Shown: piece by piece, positions 20,317-30,526 of the stretch
Position numbering within the stretch: the first letter of the stretch is position 1
How the letters are laid out: each line of letters starts with the position of its first letter
Assembly (NCBI GenBank): GCA_963707875.1
Contig: CAVPRU010000003.1
Location: forward strand, 151,046-215,045
Direction of reading: 5' to 3'
Length of the DNA: 64,000 nucleotides
DNA from: an uncultured Gemmatimonadales bacterium
GTDB taxonomy: Bacteria > Gemmatimonadota > Gemmatimonadetes > Gemmatimonadales > GWC2-71-9
Position numbers and translations under genes: made by a program
Notes under the pieces: model-generated
What the model was told of the DNA's origin: nothing
The model's input: the letters and a program-made list of their open reading frames with translations, nothing else
Databases searched by the model: none

Positions 20317-20345
20317 AATGTATATAGGGGTGGGGGGTATATCAA
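20317..20345 (-). promoter_or_regulatory. Sigma70-type promoter with a CsoR-type operator in the spacer
   Basis: The minus strand reads TTGATA-17 nt-TACATT. The spacer region is ATACCCCCCACCCCTATAT, a G/C tract flanked by AT-rich ends as in CsoR operators. Confidence 0.75.
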
Positions 20346-20578
20346 CCACCCAGCGTCGAGACGGACGGCCGCAGGTTGCCGAATCCCGACAAGTGGCCTC
20401 CTGGGAGTGAGGTTCACGCAGGCGGCAAGGTAGCGGGGCACCACCCGGACCGATTGGATGACCTAATATCATGTGAACAATGGACTTGCGACTGGTCACC
20501 CTGGCCGCCGGGTGGAGGGCGTGGCCGGACCAGATCCTCGGGGTCTGGGGGGTATGGTTTCTGCACCATGGGCATCCG

Positions 20579-22096
20579 ATGACAAGCTCCGGACGGCACG
20601 AGCCCAATGCCTCCGCCGGTGGCATCCTGGTGCCCGTTCCGCCTCTGGTGGACGGGCCACCGGACGCCGCGGGCGTCGCGGCGTGGCACCTGGCCCTATC
20701 CAACTTCCTGGCCGGCGAGGTCCCCCACAGCCTGCTCGCCTTCTGGCTCTTTCCCAAGGCCGGGGGCGTGCTCCTCCTGGCGCCGTCCGAACTGGCCGCG
20801 GACCACGTCGAGATTCCTGAGCCGTCCACCCGGCTGGCTCAGCACCAGCTGTTCACGATCGAGGAACGGATCCGGAACGCCGGGTATCTCTCTGCCATTG
20901 CCATCCCGATCCGAAGCGGGGAACGCGACCTCGGATTGGCGCTCTTTGCCGATCTTGAGCCCGGGCGCTACGGCGTGGAGCAGGCGATCCATCTGCATGA
21001 AGTGCTTCGCGAGCTGGTGCCGACCTTTTCGGCGCTGGCCGGGTCACCGCCCACGGCGCTGTCGGCCACCGGCCTGCCAGAGGCGGAACCTGAAGAAGCG
21101 ATTCAGACCCTGGTGGCCCGGGCCGCCGTCGAGGCCCGTACCGGAGCCGAGGTGCTGCGGCTGGTGTCCGCCGCGCTGCAGGCGGTCATCCCCCACGATC
21201 GAATCGAGATCGCGGTGCAGGGCACCCCGGCCAACCGGTGGGCATTGCTGTCCACCGCCCCGGAGCATCACCGGTGGGGCGAGTCACCCGAAGCGGCGGC
21301 TCAGGCGATTGAGGCTCTGGTGGAGTTGGCGGACGAGGATGGAATCATCCTGGTTCCCGACCTTCGCCCGGTGGCGCCCTGGCCGGCCCATGCGGCCACC
21401 CGGGCGACCCAGCGGGTCCGCGCGGTGCTCGGCACCAGACTGGCGGTGGCGGGCGGGGCCGAGGCGTGGCTGTTCCTGGGAGGTCCGGCGGCGGGGATGT
21501 TCCGGCACCCGGACGTTGAGGCGCTGCAGCTGGTCGCGCCGATCATCGCGCTCAGGGTGGACGGCCTCCGGCAGGCTCTGACCGCGGAAGTGGGTCAGGC
21601 TCAGCTGGCCGCCCAGCACGCCAGCCAGCCCCGGGTGGCCCGACTGGTCACCCTGCTGGCGACGACCAGGCATTGGGGGGAGGCGAGTCAGGCATTTGCC
21701 GACGAGGTGACTCGGGCCTTGGGATTTTCGGAGTGCATGTTTGTGCTGCGGCTCGGTGAGGACCGGGTGGTAACGGTGCAGCCTGGCAGTACTCATCCCT
21801 TGACCGACCTGCCGACCGAGGGGTTGACGCTGTCGGCGCTCGCGCCGGTCATCGAGGGTACGGCCCTCTTTCTGGTGACGGGCCCCGACGGCCGGGACCT
21901 GGCGGTCCCGATCCTGCTCGCAGGCCGCTCGGTCGGGGCGATGGTGTTGCGCGGCGGCAATCCCGGATCGGCGGGTCACCCGGTCACCGCGGCGCAACAG
22001 TTCGCCAACGTGATCGCCTCTCACCTCGAGCTGCTGCGCCGCGCGGCCCTGCCCGGCCGTCCCTGGCGTCCGGTGGACGTGCCCTCGCCCTTCTAA
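20579..22096 (+). CDS. Hypothetical protein with repeated GAF-like segments
   Basis: Three GAF-like C-terminal strand-helix motifs: SAIAIPIRSGERDLG...YG, AVLGTRL...FRHPDVEALQ and LAVPILLAGRSVGAMVL. Start re-called at ATG 20579. Confidence 0.65.
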   Translation: MTSSGRHEPNASAGGILVPVPPLVDGPPDAAGVAAWHLALSNFLAGEVPHSLLAFWLFPKAGGVLLLAPSELAADHVEIPEPSTRLAQHQLFTIEERIRNAGYLSAIAIPIRSGERDLGLALFADLEPGRYGVEQAIHLHEVLRELVPTFSALAGSPPTALSATGLPEAEPEEAIQTLVARAAVEARTGAEVLRLVSAALQAVIPHDRIEIAVQGTPANRWALLSTAPEHHRWGESPEAAAQAIEALVELADEDGIILVPDLRPVAPWPAHAATRATQRVRAVLGTRLAVAGGAEAWLFLGGPAAGMFRHPDVEALQLVAPIIALRVDGLRQALTAEVGQAQLAAQHASQPRVARLVTLLATTRHWGEASQAFADEVTRALGFSECMFVLRLGEDRVVTVQPGSTHPLTDLPTEGLTLSALAPVIEGTALFLVTGPDGRDLAVPILLAGRSVGAMVLRGGNPGSAGHPVTAAQQFANVIASHLELLRRAALPGRPWRPVDVPSPF

Positions 22097-23718
22097 GCCC
22101 GGCTCACCTCGTCGCCCACCCGCTTTTCCGGATTCGCGCTGCGGTCCGTGGCCGACTGGCTGGGTCGCCGGAACGGGCCGTCCACCGGCAGGATGAACCA
22201 GAAACTGCTCCCCATGCCGGGGATCGACTCGCAGCCGATTTCGCCGCCCAAGGTGTTGATGAACCGCTTGGAGAGGGACAGCCCGAGCCCGGTACCCTGC
22301 TCCCGGCGACTGGCAGAGCTGTCCACCTGACTGAAGTCCTGAAACAGCTTGGGCATGTCCTCGGGTGCTATCCCGATGCCGTCGTCACTCACCGCCACCC
22401 AGATCGCGTCCCGCGTCATCGTGCCCGCCCCATCGGTGGCACGCTGTGCCGGGATCGGCAGCGGCGCCCGGGTCCGGCAGACCGACAGCGTGATGTGGCC
22501 GTGCTCGTGGGTGAACTTCGAGGCGTTGGCCAGCAGGTTGAAGAGGACCTGCCGGACCCGTTGACCGTCCACCACCACCGTCAGGGGCCCCTGCTCCAGA
22601 TCCACCTGACACTCCTGTCGCTTGGCGCTCCGAAGGCTCGCGGTGTCGGTGACGGCCGCCAGGACGGCTTGGCGGAGATCGGTCTCGATCAGGTGGTAGC
22701 TCATCGTCCCGGCTTCGATCCGGGAGAGGTCCAGCACATCGCTCACGATCGTCAGCAGGTGACTTCCGTTCCGGGAGATCGACTCGAGAAAGTCCCGCTG
22801 TGACTCATCGAGATTCTCGGCCCCGCCGTTGAGCAGCAGGTCGGAGAAGCCGATGATCGCGTTGAGTGGGGTCCGGAGTTCATGGCTCATGTTGGCCAGG
22901 AACTCACTCTTCAGTCGGGTGGCCCGGATCAGCTCCCGGTTCTTGACGGACAGGGCCTGGGCGGTCCGGCGAGCCTCTTCCAGTCCCTGGGTCCGGTCCA
23001 TCCCGACCGCGACCTGGTCGGCGAGGATCTGGAGCAGCTCCAGGTCATCCTCCTGGAACGGCGGGGCGGTGGCATCCCGGGTCAACGACAGGCACCCCAG
23101 CACCAGGCCGCCGGACCGCAGCGGAGCCGCCAGGAAGCGCCGGCCGCTCAGGACAACCCCCTCCACCCGGTACACCCGGGGGTCCAGCGCCACGTTCTCC
23201 GACATGAACGGGGCGTCGTGTGATACCACCCACCCCAGGAGGGACTTGTCCGATGGGATGAGGACGCCCTGCTGCTGTTCGAACTGGCCGTCCCCGGCCA
23301 CCGCGCGAAGGAACCGCCCCTCCTCGGCCACCACCACCGCTGAGGCACCTTCGGCCTCGAATAGCGCCCGGGCCACCTTCACCACTTCGTCGAAGAGGTC
23401 CTGCATGGTCTCGACTTTGAGCAGGGTGCCCGCCAGTTCCCTGAGCAATCCGAGCTGCCGGCTCCGGGTCTCCAGCTCCGTGACGACCGTGTTGAACTTG
23501 CTCCGCTGCTGGCGGGCCAGTCGGGTTGCCCAGACCAGGATCCCGAAGGCGACCGCGATGGCGCCCCAGGCAAACCAGGCACCGAACGACCGTCCGGTGA
23601 GCAGCAGCCAGACGCCGACCGCCCCCATGACGAGGGTGGCCAGGGCCACCGTGTGCGGGTGGCGAAGCGGGTTGCGTCCGAGGCGAGGGTGCGAAGCGGT
23701 TGTCATGGCCAGAGACAA
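22093..23718 (-). CDS. Sensor histidine kinase (2 TM, GAF, HisKA, HATPase)
   Basis: FLANMSHELRTPLNAI, NLLANASKFT, DDGIG and GTGLGL. The start may be ATG 23706. Confidence 0.92.
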   Translation of the reverse strand: MSLAMTTASHPRLGRNPLRHPHTVALATLVMGAVGVWLLLTGRSFGAWFAWGAIAVAFGILVWATRLARQQRSKFNTVVTELETRSRQLGLLRELAGTLLKVETMQDLFDEVVKVARALFEAEGASAVVVAEEGRFLRAVAGDGQFEQQQGVLIPSDKSLLGWVVSHDAPFMSENVALDPRVYRVEGVVLSGRRFLAAPLRSGGLVLGCLSLTRDATAPPFQEDDLELLQILADQVAVGMDRTQGLEEARRTAQALSVKNRELIRATRLKSEFLANMSHELRTPLNAIIGFSDLLLNGGAENLDESQRDFLESISRNGSHLLTIVSDVLDLSRIEAGTMSYHLIETDLRQAVLAAVTDTASLRSAKRQECQVDLEQGPLTVVVDGQRVRQVLFNLLANASKFTHEHGHITLSVCRTRAPLPIPAQRATDGAGTMTRDAIWVAVSDDGIGIAPEDMPKLFQDFSQVDSSASRREQGTGLGLSLSKRFINTLGGEIGCESIPGMGSSFWFILPVDGPFRRPSQSATDRSANPEKRVGDEVSRA

Positions 23719-23814
23719 TTGGTCCAGGCTGCGAGTGACCGAAGTATAGGCAGGCCACGGAACGGCCAGCCAGCACGAGTGCCGACCGGCCCGGTCCGAG
23801 TGGAGTCCAGGCAG

Positions 23815-25956
23815 CTATTTCAGCGTTGCCAGATCCCGATAGGTGGGCATCGGCCACAGGTCGGCGGCCACCCGGGTCTCCAGGATGTCACCCAGGGTTC
23901 TGGCCTCTGCCATCAGCGGGCGGACCTTCTTCTTGATGTGGAGGGCGTGGGCCATCAGGTCCTCTTCCTGGTGGGCCGCGGCCTTGTCCAGGGCATCCAG
24001 CGCCTTGCGGAACTGAGTGACCAGGCCGGAGAACTCGGCCAGTCCGGCCTTGAGCTCCGGCACCTTGACCCCCGCGCCCTCCGTCGCGACCACCGCTCCC
24101 GCCACCACGGTCTGGTGCCGGATCGCGGCCGGCAGGATCATCGTCCGTCCCATGGCCACCATCGTCTCCGCTTCGATGGCCAGCTGCTTGACGAATTTCT
24201 CGATCACGATGTGGGTCCGGGACTCGAGTTCGGCCTTGGACAGCACGCCGTACTTCTTGAACAGCTCCACGATCTTCTTGCCATTCAGCGCCGGGAAGGC
24301 ATCGACCGAGTCGTTCAGGATCGGGAGTCCCCGCCGGGCCGCTTCCTGGTGCCAGGCGGTGGCGTAGTTGTCTCCCCCGAACAGGATCCGCTTGTGGGCG
24401 GCGATGGTCTTCTTGAGGACGGCCATGACCGCGGTCTGCAGCTTGGCGGGGGAGGGGTTCCGCCCCGCGGCCTTCTCCAGGTCGGTCGCCATCTGATCGA
24501 GCGACTCGGCCACGATCAGGTTGAGCACGGTGTTGGGCCAGGCGATGCTGGCCGAGGAGCCGACCGCCCGGAACTCGAACTTGTTGCCGGTGAAGGCGAA
24601 GGGCGAGGTCCGGTTCCGGTCGCTCGAGTGGCGGGGGAGCTGGGGGAAGGTCCGCGCCCCGAGGTCGATGCTGCCGCCCTGGAGGGTCCGCTTGGGCTGC
24701 CCCTGCTCGACCTGATCCAGGATGTCCTGCAGCATGTCGCCCAGAAAGATCGAGATGATGGCAGGGGGGGCCTCGTTGGCCCCCAGCCGATGATCGTTGC
24801 CGGCCGACGCGATGCAGGCCCGGAGCAGGTTCGCGTGGACATCCACCGCCCGGAGGACGGCACAGAGGAAGACCAGGAACTGGCTGTTGGTGTGCGTCTC
24901 GTCGGCCGGATCGAGCAGGTTGACCCCGGAATCGGTGGACATGGACCAGTTGTTGTGCTTGCCCGAGCCGTTGATCCCGGCGAACGGCTTCTCGTGCAGC
25001 AGCACCTTCAGGTCGTGCCGCGGCGCGATCCGCCGCAGGGTCTCCATCACCAGCATCTGGTGATCGGAGGCGATGTGGCTGGTCTCGAAGATCGGGGCAA
25101 GCTCGTACTGACCGGGGGCTACCTCGTTGTGCCGGGTCTTGATCGGCACGCCCAGCCGCCAGAGTTCCATCTCCACATCCGCCATGAAGGCGAGGACCCG
25201 GGGCGGGATGGTCCCGAAATAGTGGTCCTCGAGCTGCTGGCCCTTGGGGGGCCGGGCGCCGTACAGGGAGCGCTCGCAGGTCATCAGGTCGGGCCGCTGA
25301 TGGTAGAGTCCCCGGTCGACGAGGAAGTACTCCTGCTCCGGCCCGACCGTGGTCAACACCCGGGTGACGCCCTCATCGGTCCCGAACAGCTTGAGGATCC
25401 GCAGCGCCTGATGGGAGAGCGCCTCCATCGAGCGGAGGAGGGGGATCTTGGTGTCGAGCGCTTCGCCGGTCCAGGAGACGAAGGCGGTCGGGATGCACAG
25501 GGTGACGTTCTTCTCGCCTCGCATCAGGAAGGCCGGACTGGTCGGATCCCAGGCGGTGTAGCCCCGGGCCTCGAAGGTGGCCCGGAGACCGCCCGACGGG
25601 AAACTCGAGGCATCCGGTTCGCCCTGGACCAGGTCCGAGCCGGAGAAGTTGTAGACCACGCCGCCCGCGCCGTCCGGCGAGATCAGCGAATCGTGCTTCT
25701 CCGCCGTGGAGCCGGTCAGCGGCTGGAACCAGTGGGTGAAGTGGGTGGCCCCGTTCTCGACCGCCCAGTCCTTCATCGTTGCCGCCACCACGTCGGCCGC
25801 CGCCGGGTCGAGCGGCTCCCCGTGGTCGATGGTGCGGAGCAGACTCCGGTAGACCTCCTTGGGGAGGCGCTTGCGCATGAGCCGGCGGGTGAAGACGTCG
25901 GCGCCGAAGATCTCGTCGATGCTGGAGTGGCCAGTGGACAGGGCAGGGACAGTCAC
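23815..25956 (-). CDS. glnA: Glutamine synthetase type III
   Basis: [61 protein letters not shown] and [18 protein letters not shown]. Start re-called at GTG 25956. Confidence 0.93.
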   Translation of the reverse strand: MTVPALSTGHSSIDEIFGADVFTRRLMRKRLPKEVYRSLLRTIDHGEPLDPAAADVVAATMKDWAVENGATHFTHWFQPLTGSTAEKHDSLISPDGAGGVVYNFSGSDLVQGEPDASSFPSGGLRATFEARGYTAWDPTSPAFLMRGEKNVTLCIPTAFVSWTGEALDTKIPLLRSMEALSHQALRILKLFGTDEGVTRVLTTVGPEQEYFLVDRGLYHQRPDLMTCERSLYGARPPKGQQLEDHYFGTIPPRVLAFMADVEMELWRLGVPIKTRHNEVAPGQYELAPIFETSHIASDHQMLVMETLRRIAPRHDLKVLLHEKPFAGINGSGKHNNWSMSTDSGVNLLDPADETHTNSQFLVFLCAVLRAVDVHANLLRACIASAGNDHRLGANEAPPAIISIFLGDMLQDILDQVEQGQPKRTLQGGSIDLGARTFPQLPRHSSDRNRTSPFAFTGNKFEFRAVGSSASIAWPNTVLNLIVAESLDQMATDLEKAAGRNPSPAKLQTAVMAVLKKTIAAHKRILFGGDNYATAWHQEAARRGLPILNDSVDAFPALNGKKIVELFKKYGVLSKAELESRTHIVIEKFVKQLAIEAETMVAMGRTMILPAAIRHQTVVAGAVVATEGAGVKVPELKAGLAEFSGLVTQFRKALDALDKAAAHQEEDLMAHALHIKKKVRPLMAEARTLGDILETRVAADLWPMPTYRDLATLK

Positions 25957-26047
25957 GGGGCAGTCCTCGGAACGGGGTGGATGGCGGAACCCGGGAGGCC
26001 GGGTCGCGGACAGTCTAACCGGGGGGGGCCGGGTCGGGCCAGTCCTA

Positions 26048-26066
26048 CCCATAGAGACTCTATGGG
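26048..26066. promoter_or_regulatory. Palindromic operator upstream of PadR (probable autoregulatory site)
   Basis: Perfect inverted repeat CCCATAGAG-A-CTCTATGGG just upstream of the -10-like TATCTT (26075-26080) and ATG 26093. Confidence 0.7.
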
Positions 26067-26092
26067 AAACTCGCTATCTTGCCGTCAGCGCC

Positions 26093-26467
26093 ATGCCCGA
26101 CCGGACCCTCCCCCTGCTGGCCGGCACCCTCGAGCTGCTGGTCCTCCGCGCCCTCCGCTGGGAACCGACCCACGGGTCCGGCGTCGGGGAGTGGATCCGG
26201 CTGGTCACCGACGGGGCCTTCGCGGTGGAGGAGGGAACCCTCTATCCGGTGCTCCACCGACTGGAGCGGCAGGGCTGGATCGAATCGGAGTGGGGCGCGT
26301 CCGACCACGGACGGCGAGCCCGGTTCTACACCCTGACCGGCCAGGGCCGCCAGCGATTGCCCCAGTTGGTCAGAGACTGGGAGCGGTACGTCGCGGCCGT
26401 GGAACGGGCCCTGCGCCATGGCAATCCCCGGGGGCTCTGGGCCGCGCCACCTTCTGACAGGACCTGA
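26093..26467 (+). CDS. PadR-family transcriptional regulator
   Basis: GTLELLVL, EEGTLYPVLHRLE, WGASDHGRRARFYTLT. Confidence 0.9.
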   Translation: MPDRTLPLLAGTLELLVLRALRWEPTHGSGVGEWIRLVTDGAFAVEEGTLYPVLHRLERQGWIESEWGASDHGRRARFYTLTGQGRQRLPQLVRDWERYVAAVERALRHGNPRGLWAAPPSDRT

Positions 26468-26471
26468 CGAC

Positions 26472-27761
26472 ATGACGATCCCCCCCAGTGGCGGCCTGCC
26501 GCAGCACGGCGCCGGCCCCGAGACGATTCACGCGCTCCCGCTCGGCTACTTCGCCGCCGCACTGCTCTGGCTGGCAATCGGAAGCGTGGGTCTGATCATG
26601 GTCACTCCGGACCTGGTGGCCGGCAACGCGTTCTCGCCAAGGGTGTTCGCGGTCACTCACGCCTTTACCCTTGGCTTCCTGGTCTCCGCCGTCTTCGGCG
26701 CGCTGCACCAGTTCATCCCGGCGGTGATGGGGGTCCCGATCCGACGATGGGGAGTCGCGCTGGCTGGGTTCTGGCTGTTGCAGGCCGGGGCTCTGCTGCT
26801 GGGGACGGCACTCTGGACCTTCCGACCAGCCTGGCAGGCGGTGGCCTGGATCGCGGTCTTCGGTGGAGTGGCGCTGGGATCCTTGAACACGATCCCCGCC
26901 CGACGTCGGGCCGTCCGCAACCGGGAGGTCGGCGGGTTCGTCTCCCTTGGTCATTCGGCCCTGGGCCTCGCCATGCTGGTGGCCTTCGCCCGGATCGGGA
27001 GCGGGCTCGGCTGGTGGACCCTGGCCCGAGAGGCGCTACTGGCCGTCCACTTCCACCTGGGCGTCCTGGGGTTCGGCACCCTGACCATCGTCGGCATCGG
27101 GAGCCGGATGCTGCCGGCCTTCTTTCAGGCGCCGCCGGCCCATGACAGGATGCTTCGGGCCATCGGCTGGCTGGTAACCATCGGGCTGCTGGTCTACGGC
27201 ACCGGCGTCCTGGCGGGGTGGCGGATGGTCATGCAGGGCGGTGGCGGCCTCATGGTTGCGGCGGTCACGGCTCACCTGGTGGTGCTCGTCAGCTACATCC
27301 GCCACCGCCGGATTCGCCGCCCCGATCCGGCGCTCGGTCTCCTCATCGCGGCGGTGGTGATGTACTCCCTGGCGTTCGGTCTGGGAATCCAGCTGCTCGC
27401 GACCGACGTCGGGTTCGGACGGACCTGGATCGGGTACGCGGTCGTGGCGATAGCCGGCTGGCTCACTCTGGTGGTGCTCGGGGTGATGCACCGGATCATC
27501 CCCCGGCTGATCATCCCGCTGGTGATCGGCCGGGGCCGCCGGCCGCCGGGTGACGCGTTGACCGGTACGCTCGCGTCGGTGGGACTCGGCTGGGCGACGG
27601 TGGGCTGTCTCTCGATGGGGGTGATCCTGCTCGGCGCCGGGATCGTCCGGACGATTCCGTGGCTGGCACAGGTGGGAGCCTTCGGATTCGCGTTGGGGGT
27701 CCCGCTGGTCGGCGTCCAGTGGGTCTTGCTGCTCAGGAGGGCAGCCGGCGGCGGCGCATGA
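26472..27761 (+). CDS. Polytopic membrane protein (NnrS / heme-copper oxidase subunit I-like fold)
   Basis: About 12 TM helices with intramembrane His motifs (THAFTLGF, HFHLGVLGF) and repeated G...P loops (GALHQFIP, GSRMLP, MHRIIP). Confidence 0.65.
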   Translation: MTIPPSGGLPQHGAGPETIHALPLGYFAAALLWLAIGSVGLIMVTPDLVAGNAFSPRVFAVTHAFTLGFLVSAVFGALHQFIPAVMGVPIRRWGVALAGFWLLQAGALLLGTALWTFRPAWQAVAWIAVFGGVALGSLNTIPARRRAVRNREVGGFVSLGHSALGLAMLVAFARIGSGLGWWTLAREALLAVHFHLGVLGFGTLTIVGIGSRMLPAFFQAPPAHDRMLRAIGWLVTIGLLVYGTGVLAGWRMVMQGGGGLMVAAVTAHLVVLVSYIRHRRIRRPDPALGLLIAAVVMYSLAFGLGIQLLATDVGFGRTWIGYAVVAIAGWLTLVVLGVMHRIIPRLIIPLVIGRGRRPPGDALTGTLASVGLGWATVGCLSMGVILLGAGIVRTIPWLAQVGAFGFALGVPLVGVQWVLLLRRAAGGGA

Positions 27762-28905
27762 ACTCGTCGAACTTGGGGACGGTAAACGCGGTGAGACCAT
27801 AGCGCGGACTGAAGATCATCCCCTTCCGGATCAGGGAGCTCCGGATCGGAGCCACTGACCGAACGTCCACACCGAGCTGATCGGCAATCTCCCCCGAGCG
27901 ATGGGGACCCGCTCCGCGTTCGGCCATCGCGAGGAGATACTCCTGCTCCCGGTCGGACAGTCGGTCGAGCCGCACCTTGAAGAAGCCCTGATCGAGCCGA
28001 TCCATCGCCGTCGCCGAGGCGAGTCGTACCTCCCTGACCCCAATCGGTGAATCCTTGGCAGCATCCCAGGCCCGAGCCCCCCATTCCTGGAGGAAGTAGG
28101 GGTACCCTTCGGTCTCCCTGAGAAGGAGTGCCAATGCCTCATCGGTGATCTCGACTCCCTCCCGACGGAGAGGCTCTCGGATCGCCGCCCGGGCCGACGG
28201 GTCATCCAGCTTCCCGATCTCCGGATAGTCAAACAACCGCTCGGAGTACGACTTGGCCTCTCCGGCCAGAGATGCCATCTGTGGAAGGCCAGCACCGAAG
28301 AGGATCACCGGGAGTCCCTTCTGGGCCATTCGATGCATTGCCACGATGACCGCGCCGAGTTCGTCCGATGACAGATACTGGATCTCGTCGACCAGAATGG
28401 CGACCGGTGCCCCGGACGCCGAGGCCGCATCGCCCAGCACGCTGAGCAGGTCGGGAAGGTCGAACTGCAGGTCACCGGAGTCGGCGGTCCCGATTGCCGG
28501 TTCGACGCCGAACTCGACGTCCCCGACCTTGACCTTGAACGCGCTGGCAAACGCCCTGAGCGCGCCGAGCGCCCTGAACGCGGCGGCCTTGGCTTTCTCT
28601 CGGGTGCTCCATGCCCGGAGGAGGCCCCGGAGCGGGGGGATCAGCATCTCGGCAAGACGGCGGTTCTCCGGCGCCTCAAGCGTCACGGTTTCGTACCCGG
28701 CCCGGCGAGCGAGTTCGCCGGCGTGGTTGAGGAGGACCGTCTTCCCGACTCCCCGCAAGCCGAGGAACATCTGACTCTTGGCGGACCGGCCGATTCTGAC
28801 CCGACCCAGCGCAATCCTGGTGCTTTCGATGACTGCGGCTCGACCGGCGAGTTCGGGGGGCTCAGTCCCGGCACCGGGAGCGAACGGGTTACGGATGGGG
28901 TCCAC
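27733..28905 (-). CDS. P-loop ATPase (AAA_16 / archaeal ATPase-like) with C-terminal winged helix
   Basis: NPFAPGAG, Walker A GLRGVGKT, Walker B ILVDEIQ, GYPYFLQ and C-terminal SGEIADQLG...RSSLIRKGMI. Confidence 0.85.
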   Translation of the reverse strand: MDPIRNPFAPGAGTEPPELAGRAAVIESTRIALGRVRIGRSAKSQMFLGLRGVGKTVLLNHAGELARRAGYETVTLEAPENRRLAEMLIPPLRGLLRAWSTREKAKAAAFRALGALRAFASAFKVKVGDVEFGVEPAIGTADSGDLQFDLPDLLSVLGDAASASGAPVAILVDEIQYLSSDELGAVIVAMHRMAQKGLPVILFGAGLPQMASLAGEAKSYSERLFDYPEIGKLDDPSARAAIREPLRREGVEITDEALALLLRETEGYPYFLQEWGARAWDAAKDSPIGVREVRLASATAMDRLDQGFFKVRLDRLSDREQEYLLAMAERGAGPHRSGEIADQLGVDVRSVAPIRSSLIRKGMIFSPRYGLTAFTVPKFDEFMRRRRLPS

Positions 28906-29122
28906 GGATGAGGGCCTTCGATGGAGTTCTTTCTTGATTAGTCAGTTTACTGGGTTTCGCAAACCGTTTTGGGCATCAGATGGGTATTTTTAGAGTTTAA
29001 CACACGATATACTAAACATTATAAACTAACAAAACACCCAAAACCACCATCTCTTTTCAACGAGCGGGAATCAGTCAAGGACCGAAAAAACTAGATAAAC
29101 AAGGAATATCTCAGTAACGCCG

Positions 29123-29154
29123 AAAAACCAGGTGGCCGGCAGCGAGCGCCACCT
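29123..29154 (-). terminator. Rho-independent terminator of thyA-folA
   Basis: The minus strand reads AGGTGGC...GCCACCT-GG-TTTTT directly at the folA stop. Confidence 0.6.
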
Positions 29155-29657
29155 CAGGTCGGCGGACGGAGTCGGCGATATTCCCGAAAGGTGAAGGCGT
29201 GGGGGTGCCGGTCATCGGCCGAGTGCACCTCCTCCGACTCAAGCGCCCAGGCCTCCTGATCAAACGGTGGGAAGGTCGTGTCGCCCTCGACCGTGGCGTG
29301 CACCACGGTCAGGTAGAGTCGATCGGCCCGCGGCAGCGCCTCCCGGTAGATCTCCCCTCCCCCGATCACGAACACCTGTCGTTCGGTGGCCCCCAGCGCC
29401 AGGGCCTCCTCCAGGCTCGGAACCACCGTTGCCCCCGGTGCCTGAAACCCCGGATTGCGGGACACCACCACATTGCGCCGGTTGACGAGCGGTCTGCCCA
29501 CCTCGTCCCAGGTCTTCCGCCCCATGATCATGGTGTGATCCAGGGTGAGCCGCTTGAAGTGCTTGAGGTCGTCCGGCAGCCGCCACGGCAACCCGCCATC
29601 CCTGCCAATCACCCCGTTCTCGGACACCGCAGCGATCAGCGAGACGATCGTCCTCAC
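29154..29657 (-). CDS. folA: Dihydrofolate reductase
   Basis: [37 protein letters not shown] and GDTTFP. Confidence 0.96.
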   Translation of the reverse strand: MRTIVSLIAAVSENGVIGRDGGLPWRLPDDLKHFKRLTLDHTMIMGRKTWDEVGRPLVNRRNVVVSRNPGFQAPGATVVPSLEEALALGATERQVFVIGGGEIYREALPRADRLYLTVVHATVEGDTTFPPFDQEAWALESEEVHSADDRHPHAFTFREYRRLRPPT

Positions 29658-30448
29658 ACGGCCACCGCAGCGGCAATGTGCGGGTGAGGGTCATACTGGG
29701 AGAGGGTGAAGTCCTCGAACCGGAAGTCGAGCAACGACCGGACCTCCGGGTTGAGGGTCATGGTCGGCAGGGCCCGCGGCTCTCGACTGAGCTGGAGCCG
29801 AGCCTGCTCGAGGTGGTTCTGGTACAGGTGCGCATCGCCGAAGGTGTGGATGAACTCGCCCGGAGCAAGGTCACTCACCTGGGCCATCATCATCGCCAGC
29901 AACGCATACGAGGCGATGTTGAACGGCACGCCGAGGAAGACGTCGGCCGATCGCTGGTAGAGCTGACAGGAGAGCCGACCGTCGGCGACATAGAACTGGA
30001 AGAGCACGTGGCACGGCATCAGCGCCATCTTCGGCAGGTCCGCGACGTTCCAGGCGCTCACGATCAGCCGCCGTGAGTCGGGGGTCTTCCGGATCGCGTC
30101 CACCACCTCGGTGATCTGATCCACGGCGGTGCCATCGGGCATCGGCCACGAGCGCCACTGGTATCCGTAGACCGGCCCCAGGTTGCCCTCGGCGTCGGCC
30201 CACTCATCCCAGATCCGGACCCCGGCCTCGTTCAGCGACCTGATGTTGGTCTCGCCCCGGAGGAACCAGAGCAGTTCGTGGGCGATCGACTTGAGGTGGA
30301 GCCTCTTGGTGGTGATGAGCGGAAAACCGTCGGCCAAGTCGAAATGCATCTGGTGACCGAAGACACTGAGCGTGCCGGTCCCGGTCCGGTCGGTCTTGGG
30401 GTGACCGTCGTCGAGGATCCGCTGCATCAGGTCGAGGTATTGCCGCAT
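29654..30448 (-). CDS. thyA: Thymidylate synthase
   Basis: [40 protein letters not shown]. Start ATG 30448 (MRQYL). Confidence 0.97.
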   Translation of the reverse strand: MRQYLDLMQRILDDGHPKTDRTGTGTLSVFGHQMHFDLADGFPLITTKRLHLKSIAHELLWFLRGETNIRSLNEAGVRIWDEWADAEGNLGPVYGYQWRSWPMPDGTAVDQITEVVDAIRKTPDSRRLIVSAWNVADLPKMALMPCHVLFQFYVADGRLSCQLYQRSADVFLGVPFNIASYALLAMMMAQVSDLAPGEFIHTFGDAHLYQNHLEQARLQLSREPRALPTMTLNPEVRSLLDFRFEDFTLSQYDPHPHIAAAVAV

Positions 30449-30526
30449 GATTGGGAAGATACAGCGTCGGCCCGGCCGGGTCACGACGTGACCACTGCGG
30501 GCCCTGGTGAAGCCGAGGAATCCGGT

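Noticed and set aside
23653-26457. Long antisense ORFs (934 aa here; also 15296..17281, 17608..19419, 48399..50705, 51214..53859, 54499..56871, 58742..61339)
   Set aside because: They are shadow frames opposite well-supported genes. This is expected at high GC, and they have no recognisable motifs.
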